DNA of 64,000 bases from a virus (taxonomy: Duplodnaviria; Caudoviricetes): positions 96,001 to 160,000 of IMG/VR virus record IMGVR_UViG_3300037851_000671. One strand, written 5' to 3'. This document shows positions 1 to 11,335 of the stretch, in pieces (the first letter of the stretch is position 1; the number at the start of each line of letters is the position of its first letter). The notes under the pieces were generated by a model that ran no database searches, had not been told where the DNA came from, and saw only the letters and a program-made list of their open reading frames with translations. The position numbers and the translations under genes are program-made.

Positions 1-36
1 GCTGCGGCAGCTCTATCTTTTCCAGAAATCAAGGAT

Positions 37-897
37 GTGATAGGTGATAACACTATGGGTATTTCCACACAGCAACTAAAGCAATTGAAAGCGGCTCTTG
101 GGAACCTGGATCCATATGCCCCAAGCGTTGATGACATGATCAATGCCAGCAACTTTATTGAGCTTAGGACCCTTGATGAGTATGTCAGGACTCTAAAAGG
201 TGTTATCATTATTTATGCTCAAGCTTTGGATACTATAAAACGGGTAAGTAGTGAAATAACATGGGTTCCGTTTTGCCGTGACCGTGGTCCAGAAGGTGGA
301 ACACAGATGATTCCCGGTTTCGCTGTTCCAAGAAAATTCCTTAAATCATGGGAGCTTGAGAGGCGGATTATTGGCCTAAAAGCCAGGGCGCAAATAGCAA
401 AGAACCAGCAGAATCTTGGTTCTGTAACCGATGATGGCCAACCATCAGATGAAGACAAGATAGATTACAGTGACTTTGTATTCTCTCAGCACAACAATGT
501 GGTAAGCACTTTTGATAATGAGTTAGCACAAGCGGAACAGCAAAAGAAACAACTAGAGACAGAGGCCAGTGATGCCATCAGAACTATTGAGATAGTGATG
601 GGTGAGGTTTCTGGACTTGGCCTAGTTGACATATTGGCAGTTCATATTGCTCTATGGTCACTTGATATCTCTGTTTTGCTTAGTCTTCTTGATGATGCCG
701 CAGCTGAAAGACTGTGGAATTTGAAGTATCTACGTACTCAAGAAGTTCAGGATAGAAAAGATAACGGATCTGATATTGAAACTGCTTTGAAAAAGTTTGA
801 TGACAGGGTTTATAGCATTCTTTCGTATTCAGACATGATCTTCGACATTGTAACTGGAAATTACAAGTCAGGAATCGGAGACGTACCAAGAGGGTAA
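37..897 (+). CDS. hypothetical protein, probably virion/baseplate-associated
   Basis: 286-aa ORF ending 2 nt before the gp25-like gene; no recognisable motif; the start may be the downstream ATG (MGIST). Confidence 0.6.
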   Translation: MIGDNTMGISTQQLKQLKAALGNLDPYAPSVDDMINASNFIELRTLDEYVRTLKGVIIIYAQALDTIKRVSSEITWVPFCRDRGPEGGTQMIPGFAVPRKFLKSWELERRIIGLKARAQIAKNQQNLGSVTDDGQPSDEDKIDYSDFVFSQHNNVVSTFDNELAQAEQQKKQLETEASDAIRTIEIVMGEVSGLGLVDILAVHIALWSLDISVLLSLLDDAAAERLWNLKYLRTQEVQDRKDNGSDIETALKKFDDRVYSILSYSDMIFDIVTGNYKSGIGDVPRG

Positions 898-899
898 AT

Positions 900-1334
900 A
901 TGTCATTTGATTTGAAGCTGTTCAATGGAGACTTGGTTATCGGAAAGAAAGGTGACGTGGACATAGTTGAAAATGGGGATAAACTTGTCCAAGATGTTCT
1001 GAAGATAGTCAGCACTCCGCTGGGGTCCAATCCATTTTTTCCTTGGTATGGTTCTCCCATGAGTTCAGCTTTGATTGGAACTGGGTATGAAGAAGAGTTC
1101 ATAAGTACAGTTGCTTCCCAGCAGCTCAACGCAGCTCTTGATAACCTGAAGCAACTTCAGAACCAGCAAAAGCAATACAATCAAATAATTACGCCGGCTG
1201 AGCAAATCGCCGCTGTGCAAGATGTTTCGGTAAATCAGGACGCTCACGATCCAAGATTTTACATAGTGAGGCTAACCGTTATTTCCAAGGCCTTTCAGCG
1301 GGTTGAACCAACGTTTGCTGTTCCAATCAGCTAA
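900..1334 (+). CDS. baseplate wedge subunit, GPW/gp25-like
   Basis: 144 aa; 'LVQDVLKIVSTPLGSNPFFPWYGS' matches the gp25-family TxxGx(6)YG pattern; directly upstream of baseplate J. Confidence 0.75.
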   Translation: MSFDLKLFNGDLVIGKKGDVDIVENGDKLVQDVLKIVSTPLGSNPFFPWYGSPMSSALIGTGYEEEFISTVASQQLNAALDNLKQLQNQQKQYNQIITPAEQIAAVQDVSVNQDAHDPRFYIVRLTVISKAFQRVEPTFAVPIS

Positions 1335-1379
1335 ACAACCACGCATTCTCAGGCATAACAGAGCCAGCACTAAGGTGTT

Positions 1380-1386
1380 GGATATA
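1380..1386 (+). promoter_or_regulatory. GGATATA intergenic motif, putative late promoter element
   Basis: Same heptamer in intergenic DNA at 21462, 50661 and 60767-60761 (minus); 23 nt upstream of the baseplate J ATG. Confidence 0.3.
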
Positions 1387-1409
1387 TGCTATTTTGAGGC
1401 CGAGGAGAC

Positions 1410-4400
1410 ATGGTAAATATCAAGACATCGGATGAAATCATCCTTGAAATTTTGGACTTCTTGCGAACGGCGATACCTCAACTTGATCTGAAGCCAGGAA
1501 CCGTTGCGCGAGATTTGTTCGTTGATGCTCCCGGTAATCAGCTTGGTAGCTTGTATGATGAGCTGGCAAATGTCAGCGGTTCTCAATCGCTAAGCCAGGC
1601 GCTTGGTTCGGATCTTGATGATATTGCTGCAAATTTCGGCGCCATAAGAAAACAGGGTTCCCGCGCCTCAGGAACAGCCCTGCTTACTTTCAACGCTATT
1701 GATGCTGACATTCCAATCAACTCTGGAGACATTGTTGTAGCCACGAACGGCACTTCTTTCCAGGTAGTCAACAGCATGACCGTGGGAGCGGCCAGCAAGA
1801 ACACCTACAGAGCGGTTGCGGCCAAATACGCAGCTGACTTGAATTTCCTTGGAATCACAGATCAGTATGCAGTTGAAGTGAATGTTCAGGCCACAACCTC
1901 TGGAATCGGTGGAAACATATCCAAGTATACCCTGACATCTACTACAATCTCGGGCGTATCAAATGTAACAAACGTAGTGTCATTTGGTGGTGGTTCTGAT
2001 GTTGAAACTGACGAAGCCCTCAAACGCAGAGTGTATGGAATTTTCTCTGGTTCAAATACCGGTACCACAGCAGGTTATCGTGACACTGTAAGAGGAGACC
2101 CTGAGGTTATTGATGCGGTTGTGGTTGGGCCAGGAGACCCTTTGATGACAAGGGACGGCACCATAGTAAACGTAGCTGAGGATGGCACGAAAACAATCGT
2201 ATCAGAGGGAACCGGAGGAAAGGTTGATATTTACACTTTTGGCTTCCGTCTTACACAAGTGATAGATAGCTACATCTATCATGACAAGAGCAACAAGGAC
2301 GATCCAACAGATCCAATCAATGATTTCGTTCTTGGACAGATTGATTCAGATGCCGGAAAGAGCGTAACCAGGAAAAGGATTGATGACCTGCAAAACGGAG
2401 TTTTGCCTGACCAACCTGTAAATAACATCATTCAAGTGTCTGGTTCAAACAGCGGATCAAACTATGTAGAGATGAGTGTTGATTCGCTGGGGCGTGTATC
2501 TGGAAACTATGAACTACTCAAGGACACAGGGGCTTACGCCGGTAGTGTTTGGGGTTTCGATAAACTGCACTGGATAAGTAATCACATTAGCGGATTTGAA
2601 GAGGACCAGACCAAAGGCAAGTTCAATAGCGTTGACCCCACAGGATTCTCTGACGTGTTGAACATCTCTGGCATAAAGCAGAACATCCAGGTGATCAATG
2701 AAAACAGTAAAGTAAACCCATCTGATAGGTCTTCCATACAGCTGTTCCACGCTCCATTGACATCTGTCAGCAGGGTATACAACCAGACAACAGGAGAAAG
2801 GTATACCGTTTCAAATCAGAACCCTGACGGATCGGGAAGCACCAACACATCTGGAAGAATTATCATCTCTGGTAATTCTCTGCCGTCTGTCAGTGATATT
2901 CTACAGGTAGACTACACCTGGATATTCAGCTACGATCCAACATTCGATTTTGACAACAAGTCAACATCAAACAATCCAAGAGAGGTTCTTGACAGCATAG
3001 ATTGGGGATACTCAAGCGCTGTTAGAAGGGAAGAGTCAGTAATTGCCGCAAGTGGTAGTCAGAAAATAGTTACCACTACCCATCCAGTCAACGCTGTCAT
3101 ATCTGTAAACTCATTTGTTGAAGATTCATCAGTTGTAACACTGATTAGCAATCGTCTGGCTGTAGTTGTTACAGGACAAGTAACCAACGTCATATCAGTA
3201 TACCAAAGCACAACAGAGGCAGAGTTCTACAATACCGGAGCTAATGACGGTAGTTTTAGCGGGTTTGCTATCTTCTTGCCAACCGATACACCTGCAAAAA
3301 TTGGTGAAAGTGTGTTGGTAAGATACAATGCCAACAACCTGTTCATGGACAACGGTATATCTGGAAACTTCAGCAGCAACATAATTACTCTTCCATCTGG
3401 AGTGACGGCTTTGGCAGGTACCATTGTGGAGTGTACCTACATTGCTGATATCAGGCAGCTTCTCCCGGCAACAACGATATCCACGCTGCCAGTCATGCGT
3501 AACTTGAACTCTTTCCAGAACACAGCTAATACAAGTTTTGGAAATCAGCTAACCACACACTTGTACAGTTATGGAACAACAATAAGAAAGAACCTCGTTC
3601 TGGCGCCAAGCAGACTGAAGCTTACCATTGCCGGAACAATCTCGCCTGGAACCATGACGGTATCTGGCACAACGTTCCAAGGTATTTTTGATGGTGTATT
3701 CGTCGCTAGTGCTAATGGGTTGGCACACGATCTGTCTTCTTTGATTAGACAGGCGCTTGGACAAAACAGCAATCAAACGGTCCCGTCCAACGTCTCGATT
3801 GTAAGGCTTGTGAAATTTGAGAAGGTTGAGACAACATCTGATCTTCAGGTGCTAAGTGTCCTGACCAACTATGACATCACAGGGTACAAGATGCAATCCA
3901 ATGATTTTGCCAAAGATACCGCTTTGGCAAACACGCTGCTAACACCATCTCAGATTGAGTTGCCATCAACCCTGACTAACACAGAAAATATGCCAAAGAT
4001 TGGTGACAGATTCAGGGTCACGTTCTACATCTCAAAAACCGGCGATGTAGAAAGCGTTCCATTCAGCAAGAGCGGTACGCTGTACACTGACAAGATATTT
4101 GCCTTTGTTGATACGATATCTGTATCGAATGGATTTACATCAACAGCTTCACAGTCAGCAACACTAAGTGTAGCGGCTCAGAACCAACCAGTACAAGGAT
4201 CAAGGTACACCGCTACATACGATTATCTTGCACCAAAACCAAACGAAAGAATCACAATACAGTACAACAAGAATACTGTGATATCAGACAACACGTTCCA
4301 GATTGAAAGAACAAGAACCATTGGCGCTGACGTGCTGGTAAAAGCGGCTGAGCCTGTTTTAGTGGATGCTTCCTTGTCTGTTGTTGTACAGTCTAATTTC

Positions 4401-4652
4401 ACCAATTCAAGTACAGTAATCAAACAGAACATACAAGACGCTGTGGTATCAGCCCTAAATGCTCAGTCTCTTGGCACTATTGTGGATGCCTCTGATTTGG
4501 TCAATACAGCCTACACAATCAGCGGAGTTGATAGGGTAAGAATAACACACTTCAACTACGCAAATACAGTTGGTAACCTACTAAGCATCACGGCAGAGAA
4601 AAACCAGTATATCCAAGCGAACAACGTTGAGATAACCATTGAAGAGAGATAA
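1410..4652 (+). CDS. baseplate J/gp47-like protein, greatly extended
   Basis: N-terminal 'LDDIAANFGAIRKQGSRASGTALLT' and 'GGSDVETDEALKRR' baseplate-J motifs; C-terminal 'NTAYTISGVDRVRI'; AGGAG RBS. Confidence 0.85.
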   Translation: MVNIKTSDEIILEILDFLRTAIPQLDLKPGTVARDLFVDAPGNQLGSLYDELANVSGSQSLSQALGSDLDDIAANFGAIRKQGSRASGTALLTFNAIDADIPINSGDIVVATNGTSFQVVNSMTVGAASKNTYRAVAAKYAADLNFLGITDQYAVEVNVQATTSGIGGNISKYTLTSTTISGVSNVTNVVSFGGGSDVETDEALKRRVYGIFSGSNTGTTAGYRDTVRGDPEVIDAVVVGPGDPLMTRDGTIVNVAEDGTKTIVSEGTGGKVDIYTFGFRLTQVIDSYIYHDKSNKDDPTDPINDFVLGQIDSDAGKSVTRKRIDDLQNGVLPDQPVNNIIQVSGSNSGSNYVEMSVDSLGRVSGNYELLKDTGAYAGSVWGFDKLHWISNHISGFEEDQTKGKFNSVDPTGFSDVLNISGIKQNIQVINENSKVNPSDRSSIQLFHAPLTSVSRVYNQTTGERYTVSNQNPDGSGSTNTSGRIIISGNSLPSVSDILQVDYTWIFSYDPTFDFDNKSTSNNPREVLDSIDWGYSSAVRREESVIAASGSQKIVTTTHPVNAVISVNSFVEDSSVVTLISNRLAVVVTGQVTNVISVYQSTTEAEFYNTGANDGSFSGFAIFLPTDTPAKIGESVLVRYNANNLFMDNGISGNFSSNIITLPSGVTALAGTIVECTYIADIRQLLPATTISTLPVMRNLNSFQNTANTSFGNQLTTHLYSYGTTIRKNLVLAPSRLKLTIAGTISPGTMTVSGTTFQGIFDGVFVASANGLAHDLSSLIRQALGQNSNQTVPSNVSIVRLVKFEKVETTSDLQVLSVLTNYDITGYKMQSNDFAKDTALANTLLTPSQIELPSTLTNTENMPKIGDRFRVTFYISKTGDVESVPFSKSGTLYTDKIFAFVDTISVSNGFTSTASQSATLSVAAQNQPVQGSRYTATYDYLAPKPNERITIQYNKNTVISDNTFQIERTRTIGADVLVKAAEPVLVDASLSVVVQSNFTNSSTVIKQNIQDAVVSALNAQSLGTIVDASDLVNTAYTISGVDRVRITHFNYANTVGNLLSITAEKNQYIQANNVEITIEER

Positions 4653-7600
4653 TGGCAAATCTAAGAGTTCTTGACATAAATGCAGCTGACAGCAGAACCA
4701 TCAAGGTCAGGTTTTCAAGCCCTGTAACTGAGTATGTTTCTGCGTCAAACGTTCTTGTGGTTTCTAAAGAAAGCGGCATCCCAGATGCTGAGGTTATTGG
4801 TGTCTCAACGACAGATGACATCCTGATCATAGAAACGCAACCAATGACACCATTCAGCAGGTATGATGTCATATTCAGATCCACTAACGCAGTGAAGTTT
4901 ACCAGCGTAGACGGCCAAAGCTATCTGGTAGAGGATGGTCAAGCCAATGTTCGCCAGGTTTTGGGTTCAGAAGACCCTGATAATCAGATACGAGATTATC
5001 TGGCTATGGCTATCGGTGGAATGGAAGGTGTATACGACATATCAAGAGAGTCTTTGGTAAGAACCATTCTAAACATGTTGTCTGATGAAATCAGAAAAGC
5101 AAAAGCTGACATTCGCGAATCGAAAAGCGCTGTGTTTTTGAGAAGGTTCGTAAAAGACGAGCAGAAGGTACGTGGGTTTGGTCCGTGGGATCGTTTGAAT
5201 CAGGAAGGCGCTTACAGTGTGGTTCGTGTTGGTCTTCAACCAACCGATACCACAATCCCCGGTTCTATACCTTTCTCCTATTTCCCACACGATCCGGTAA
5301 CACTACAAAGAGTCGTTATATCGAAAGAAACCCTGTCTGCTGGCTTTGGTTCTGGAACTTTTGATGGGTTATTGCTTACAGTTGAGAATAGTCCTGTAAC
5401 AAAACTAAAGTCTGTCTCCATCCAGTACGAGAACGGTGATGTGTACAACTACAACATATCCTCATACGGTTACAGAATCAACAACACTCGCTATGATAGT
5501 CAATTTTCTCGTACATTGGTAACACTGGAAGATAACCAGTTCCAACTTAGTGATGATCTTCTTGATGATGCTACGTTTGTTTTGCCAGGTGGTAATGACA
5601 AAATAGTTGTCTCATATGAGTACAAGAATCTTGGCATCAATGTCGATGAGCAGTCCGTTACCGTAACTCAAGTGATACCTGTTGTAAGAGAGCCAGCCCC
5701 AGCATTGTCTACGGTTTTCTCGCTGATAGGTGGTCCGGTAGTGACGGCTGGAGATCAGATTCCAACGTCAGGCGGGGTGGTTTTTCTAGACCCTTACTCG
5801 GCCACACCATTTAGAAACATACATCCGGCTTTCTTGAGAGAGCTACCATACAGACAGGAAGGATTGCCAAAGCAACCAGGCGAGTATTGTGTTGATTACA
5901 GCACAGGAAGAGTCTACGTCTATGGGGCCTCTTCCAATGATGGTACTGGTTATTTCCCTCCGGCCATGACGTATAACTACCGCAAGTCATATGTCTCTAA
6001 ACTGGACTACACCTATGTACCAGAATACATGGACTTGGTTGCATCTCCTTTGAGAGAGTTGATTGGGCAACCGGCCAAAATCAACTTCAACCTACAGGTT
6101 TCTCTAGTCCCAGGAAAGGACTATGTTGCCAATGTACATGAGGAATCACGTAACGAACGCATAGGAAACAAGATAGCTTCTCTTGGTTCCGTTTACACAT
6201 CACACTCCCCAATCACCAATGTATTCAGAGTTTACAATGAAACAAGTGGTGAGGTGTACACAATCAACAGATTCAACAAGAACAGAATCTATTACTCATA
6301 CAGAACTCCGCCAAACATCCAAGATGCCATAAGAGAACGCGCAACGTTCGCTCAGGTATTGAATGAACAGCTTGTTTTGGATTCGGAGACAATCAATGGT
6401 CTTGGAACAAGGATTTTCAAGTTCGTTTTGAGAAATAGCGTTGTGATATCTGCAACGGATGATTCAATAGGATCTAATTACAACACAAGCGCAACATTCA
6501 GCAGGCCTGACATTTTTGGTACAGAGCTTTACTATGATGGACAAGAGCTTCCTGTATCAACCAACATCAACAGGATAACTGTAGGGGATTACCAGATCAA
6601 CTACAGAACTGGCGAGGTATATGTTGGTGTTCCAAATTCTCAAGAAGCAAATGTAGGAAGCATTACCTACAAGAAAAAAGTCATAGCGCCAAACAACCCA
6701 CACGTAATATCTGTGTCCGATGTTTACTACAGCATTGCGCAAAACACAGGTATAACCAAAAAACTTGATTTCACGTCATTCGATGATGGAGAGATAACCC
6801 CAAGTGTGGTTGATCCTTCTGATGAAAGGTTCACGAACAATGACACCTCTGCACCGTACTTTTTCTACAATGGTACTATAACTGTAACTGATGACATCAA
6901 AACAGTCAGAGGTGTTTATGATGCCTACGATCTGAACAACAACCGTTCTCCGGTAAACTTTGCTGACAGTGCGAGCTGGGACGCTAACGTAATCACACTC
7001 TCTGCAACTGGAATCAACCAAACGGCCACAGTGGTAGTTGGGCCTGGGCTGGTTATCTCAACGCCATTCATATCTCCTGGCATGAATGTATCACTTGCCA
7101 TCAGCGCAATCAGAGCTTCAGACAACCAGCAGTTGATAGATGGGTACGAAACAATCAGTGGAAATGACATAACCCTTAGTGTTACATCAGGGGCTGTGGT
7201 TGGTGATGTTGTAAACGTCATATACACAATAGTTCTAAATGGCGCGTCAACACCTGTTGTCGATTACAACAAGGGAGATTATTTCGTTGACTATAGCTAC
7301 TTATTAGACGAAATCCTGGTGACATACGAGTGGGGAGATAATGTCATAGACTTCAGGACAAGCAAAGCCCTTGACGAGAATGATGAATACTATGTTTCGT
7401 ACATAGTTGGAGCCTTGCGCGATGACCTGTTGAAAAACTTTGGTTCAATGGTCCAGATTGATGAGCTTCAGGCTTTTGATGAGGACATGGATCGTGAGAT
7501 TTACAGAGCGGCTTTGTCTGGTGCTCTGCAAACGTTTACACAGGGACCAACGCTTCCAGCCATGAAACAGCTTGTAGCTTTCATAACCAAAATCGAACCA

Positions 7601-10600
7601 GAGATTGTGGAAGCTTTGTTCAATGCTTGGACGCTTGGCACCAGCTATCTTGGAAAAGTAGAGCCATCAGTATTGGGCGCTCCTGAATTCGTTTCAGCGG
7701 TATTCGATCAAGGATTGCTTGCAAACAAGAAACAGGACGCGGTAGCATTCCCGATATCCAACAATCTTCGTCTAGAAGAGGGCACCATTCAGATGTTTGT
7801 CATACCAGAATGGAACGGTCTTGACAATGACGCAGCGCTTACGTTCGAGCTGTTCAAAGACGGCTATAACATGGTCTCTCGTGACATATACATTGGAGCT
7901 ACTGGATACAACCCAACCATAGTTGATGGCAAGTTCACAGTTAGCCGTCTTGATGAGCCTTCCCCAATAGGAATACCAGCTACCATTTACACGAACAAGG
8001 GAATGTTCATATACTATGACATTGACGTAAGCCAATGGAAAGTATTAGCCAAAGATATACCAGCCATTACAGATGGGTATATGTACTCAGGCACCATCAC
8101 AAGCGATGGTAGTTTCTACAACGCAAAAAACATCCCTGGACTTGGGGAGCCTTCTGACGTGATACGATCTGGTATCAAAACCATTGATTTTGAGCTCCAT
8201 CTTGACGGCTATGATGTAGCTGGCCCTGATGGGTACAATGGTCTTCCAGATGGTTATGTACCAGGATACTCTTTTGACGGAATTCAGTTCATGTCAGATA
8301 GGGACCATTACCTGTTCGACTTTGGAAGAAGCGAATTTGAGAACAGATTCTCTTTGTACAAGGACGGAAGAGGTTATTTGGTATTCGAGGTTTGGGACAA
8401 GGGAGGAACACCATATTCCTCAGCTCCGCCAAGAAGAAAGAATGTATACCAAGTCAGTGCAGATATCAGCTCTTGGAAGGTTGGAGAGAAACATAACGTT
8501 GCGGCGTCTTGGATACTGAATTCTGTCGATAAACGAGACGAGATGCATCTGTTTGTTGATGGTTTCGAGACACCAAACGTGGCCAGGTACGGAAACATTC
8601 CAAGCATAGCATCTTCCAATAGGTTCCGTACCGTTGTTCCAGAACAGGTTGTTGGAACTGTTACAAAGACATCCATAGCCGGAAATGACCTGAAGACAAC
8701 CGCCGGTCTTCAAACCGTTACATCCGCTACCCAAAATTTCTCTGCATCTGGTATTGTTCCTGGCGATACAATCCAAATCAACGAACAAGGATTTGGAACA
8801 TATACAATTGTATTTGTAAATGGAAATGAGCTTACACTGACATCAAGCATGCCAGCCTCTCTTGATGACGCCAGGTTCTCTGTCAACCCAGCCACATTCA
8901 TTGTTTCAACTGAGGTTGATATCTACAAGAACATTGCAGTGTTTGTTTCTTCTGGCGGCGTTGAAACAGAGATACCAGGACAGAGCGCTAGTATCCCTTC
9001 TTACAGCATAGGGCGCAACGCTAACAACCAAAGAATACTAACTATTCTTGGTAATGTGAGTGTTGGTGATACTGTGTTACTAAAAACATTTGGATTGAAC
9101 CACAGACGCTCAAGAGACAAGCTTTACCTATGGTCAGATGGAGAGTCTATTCTAAAGACACAGCTTCCACCTCCAATCAATCTGGATGACGTTATTATAA
9201 AGGCTGTTCCACTTACTCTCACGCCAATCGGACCAGCAAACTCAACTTTGATTCTTGGTGATTTCCAGGCCTCTCTTACTGGCATTGGCCAACCAACCAA
9301 CTCCACTACAGGTCGTCATCTTGAGATAAGGATTACTGGTGATAATACCAATTTCACTAACCCTGTAACTGTAACAATCAATGGAACATCAAGCGCTGGG
9401 CCATCTGAGATTGTAACGTTTACACAGCCAGGCAAGAAGAGCACTGTTGCCAATTGGAAGACAATTACCTCCGTTGATGTTGTTGTAACCCCATCAATCA
9501 CAACCAAGGACGCTACAGGCGTTGAGATAAAAGAACTGTACTCGGTAACGGTACCTGATGGAAGCACTAATGTACCGGTGATTAGGTATGCTTACAGAAC
9601 CCAATCAGGATCTGCTCTTGAGGGTGTTGGTGGTGGTTCTCCAATAGTCTCCGATACCATGGGTGCTTTCTACGACTCTGATATTGGAAACCTACTTGAG
9701 ATTACATCACCCCCAAGCGTGGCTGGAATATACACAATTGCTGATCGTCTTGATTCAAACACGATAAGGATTGATACGGGTTTGACCACAGCGTTCTCAA
9801 ACGGAACTTATGGGGTTTACAATATCTCTATAGGAAGAAGCGGTTTCCAAAACGGTTTCTTTTTCTTGGAGAAAAAAAACGTTACCAATCAGCCTTATGG
9901 CCTACCAAAGGGCTGGTATGAGATTGACTATGCCACATATCTAGCTGTGCCGATGGATCCGATTGACAATATCAACGCTTTCGTTGGCAATGATATGACT
10001 GGAAACAAGCCATCAAACGCAATCATTGATGAGCTTAGAATACTGAACATGCAGCTAACGGATACAAGGGTTGGGGAAACCATTGGCGAGAATGAGGATT
10101 CAATCACGGTCGATGCTTCTGCATTTTCACCTTTTGTTAAAACAAAAGACACTCTGACACTACTTCACTTTGACGAGAACCCTCCAATAAATGATGTTGA
10201 TTTTTATAGATTTGCAACAAAGGAATACATACAATCAGGCACCAGTGTAAACGACAGGTTTGGAAAGTCAATTGTAGTAAAGGATAAGGGTCTGGTGTTT
10301 GATAACGAGGGCAAACTATCCACAAATAAAGAGGGCATGATTGAGTTCTGGGTAAACCCAAGATTTGACACCTTCAACGATCCGAACGTAAGGGTATATT
10401 TTGATGCATCGGCTAATGCTGTTGAAACCGTGACAAGCATAACCAAGGGTAGGGTTATGGTAAACGGTCGTGTAAGCCGCGTTGTTTCTGTAAAACTGGC
10501 ATCTGATCCGAAGAGTTCTGATGATTATTTTGCAGGTGGTACGATTGATACTGACAGAAAAACACTGATACTGAATCGTCCTTTACCATACCAACAGACT

Positions 10601-11335
10601 CCAGTGATTGTATCTTATGTTCCATCTGGATCTGCTGGAGATAGGATTGTCATTGCAAAGGACAGTGATGGCGGAATCACGTTCACGGTTTGGGCTTCTG
10701 GAAAAGAGTATCAGGTAAGACAGATGGTATTCTGGCCTCGTGATACCTGGCACAGAATCAGGGCATCTTTCAAGTTCAATCGTCCTGACCACAACGATGA
10801 AATAAGACTGTTTGTGGATGGAGAGGAAAGAGGAACTATTCTGTTCGGAACCAATTTGGTGTTCGGTCCTGAGTCAATCTTTGGACAGGCCCCTGTAGGC
10901 GCAGGATCATCTCTGATTGATGATATAAATTTCACCGATACCGTAACACAATTTTCATTAGGCCAAGATTTCACGGGGGCGTATGGAGCGCAGGCCAGAT
11001 TTGACAACTTGAAAATATCAAACAAGTCAATCAACCCGCTTGTGGTTGGCGGGCAGTCCAAGGATGTGTATTACAACATAAACAAGGATTTCATTTACCC
11101 ATCAATAGAGGATGCTTTTACGACGTTCTTGTTTGATTTCGATCAGTTGGTTGAAAAAGTGACTGATTTTGCGATACTGAGAGATCCAACTGTTGGTATA
11201 TTCAACTTCGATTTGAACATCATTGATTCTTTCGGCATAGTGCTAGGTGATGCAAAGGTAAAGAAGGTTCTAGAAGCCATGATTGCAGCGCTAAAGCCAG
11301 CCGTATCCAAGGCTAACATTACCTATGTGAAGTGA
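4652..11335 (+). CDS. large baseplate wedge protein with LamG/ConA-like domains
   Basis: 2227 aa; N-terminal Ig-like 'SRTIKVRFSSPV'; LamG signatures 'EGTIQMFVIP..HNVAASW..MHLFVDG..IIDELRI' and 'EGMIEFWVNP..WHRIRASF..RLFVDG..FDNLKIS'; C-terminal 'ALKPAVSKANITY' resembles the gpI/DUF2313 LKPA end; overlaps the baseplate J stop. Confidence 0.65.
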   Translation: MANLRVLDINAADSRTIKVRFSSPVTEYVSASNVLVVSKESGIPDAEVIGVSTTDDILIIETQPMTPFSRYDVIFRSTNAVKFTSVDGQSYLVEDGQANVRQVLGSEDPDNQIRDYLAMAIGGMEGVYDISRESLVRTILNMLSDEIRKAKADIRESKSAVFLRRFVKDEQKVRGFGPWDRLNQEGAYSVVRVGLQPTDTTIPGSIPFSYFPHDPVTLQRVVISKETLSAGFGSGTFDGLLLTVENSPVTKLKSVSIQYENGDVYNYNISSYGYRINNTRYDSQFSRTLVTLEDNQFQLSDDLLDDATFVLPGGNDKIVVSYEYKNLGINVDEQSVTVTQVIPVVREPAPALSTVFSLIGGPVVTAGDQIPTSGGVVFLDPYSATPFRNIHPAFLRELPYRQEGLPKQPGEYCVDYSTGRVYVYGASSNDGTGYFPPAMTYNYRKSYVSKLDYTYVPEYMDLVASPLRELIGQPAKINFNLQVSLVPGKDYVANVHEESRNERIGNKIASLGSVYTSHSPITNVFRVYNETSGEVYTINRFNKNRIYYSYRTPPNIQDAIRERATFAQVLNEQLVLDSETINGLGTRIFKFVLRNSVVISATDDSIGSNYNTSATFSRPDIFGTELYYDGQELPVSTNINRITVGDYQINYRTGEVYVGVPNSQEANVGSITYKKKVIAPNNPHVISVSDVYYSIAQNTGITKKLDFTSFDDGEITPSVVDPSDERFTNNDTSAPYFFYNGTITVTDDIKTVRGVYDAYDLNNNRSPVNFADSASWDANVITLSATGINQTATVVVGPGLVISTPFISPGMNVSLAISAIRASDNQQLIDGYETISGNDITLSVTSGAVVGDVVNVIYTIVLNGASTPVVDYNKGDYFVDYSYLLDEILVTYEWGDNVIDFRTSKALDENDEYYVSYIVGALRDDLLKNFGSMVQIDELQAFDEDMDREIYRAALSGALQTFTQGPTLPAMKQLVAFITKIEPEIVEALFNAWTLGTSYLGKVEPSVLGAPEFVSAVFDQGLLANKKQDAVAFPISNNLRLEEGTIQMFVIPEWNGLDNDAALTFELFKDGYNMVSRDIYIGATGYNPTIVDGKFTVSRLDEPSPIGIPATIYTNKGMFIYYDIDVSQWKVLAKDIPAITDGYMYSGTITSDGSFYNAKNIPGLGEPSDVIRSGIKTIDFELHLDGYDVAGPDGYNGLPDGYVPGYSFDGIQFMSDRDHYLFDFGRSEFENRFSLYKDGRGYLVFEVWDKGGTPYSSAPPRRKNVYQVSADISSWKVGEKHNVAASWILNSVDKRDEMHLFVDGFETPNVARYGNIPSIASSNRFRTVVPEQVVGTVTKTSIAGNDLKTTAGLQTVTSATQNFSASGIVPGDTIQINEQGFGTYTIVFVNGNELTLTSSMPASLDDARFSVNPATFIVSTEVDIYKNIAVFVSSGGVETEIPGQSASIPSYSIGRNANNQRILTILGNVSVGDTVLLKTFGLNHRRSRDKLYLWSDGESILKTQLPPPINLDDVIIKAVPLTLTPIGPANSTLILGDFQASLTGIGQPTNSTTGRHLEIRITGDNTNFTNPVTVTINGTSSAGPSEIVTFTQPGKKSTVANWKTITSVDVVVTPSITTKDATGVEIKELYSVTVPDGSTNVPVIRYAYRTQSGSALEGVGGGSPIVSDTMGAFYDSDIGNLLEITSPPSVAGIYTIADRLDSNTIRIDTGLTTAFSNGTYGVYNISIGRSGFQNGFFFLEKKNVTNQPYGLPKGWYEIDYATYLAVPMDPIDNINAFVGNDMTGNKPSNAIIDELRILNMQLTDTRVGETIGENEDSITVDASAFSPFVKTKDTLTLLHFDENPPINDVDFYRFATKEYIQSGTSVNDRFGKSIVVKDKGLVFDNEGKLSTNKEGMIEFWVNPRFDTFNDPNVRVYFDASANAVETVTSITKGRVMVNGRVSRVVSVKLASDPKSSDDYFAGGTIDTDRKTLILNRPLPYQQTPVIVSYVPSGSAGDRIVIAKDSDGGITFTVWASGKEYQVRQMVFWPRDTWHRIRASFKFNRPDHNDEIRLFVDGEERGTILFGTNLVFGPESIFGQAPVGAGSSLIDDINFTDTVTQFSLGQDFTGAYGAQARFDNLKISNKSINPLVVGGQSKDVYYNINKDFIYPSIEDAFTTFLFDFDQLVEKVTDFAILRDPTVGIFNFDLNIIDSFGIVLGDAKVKKVLEAMIAALKPAVSKANITYVK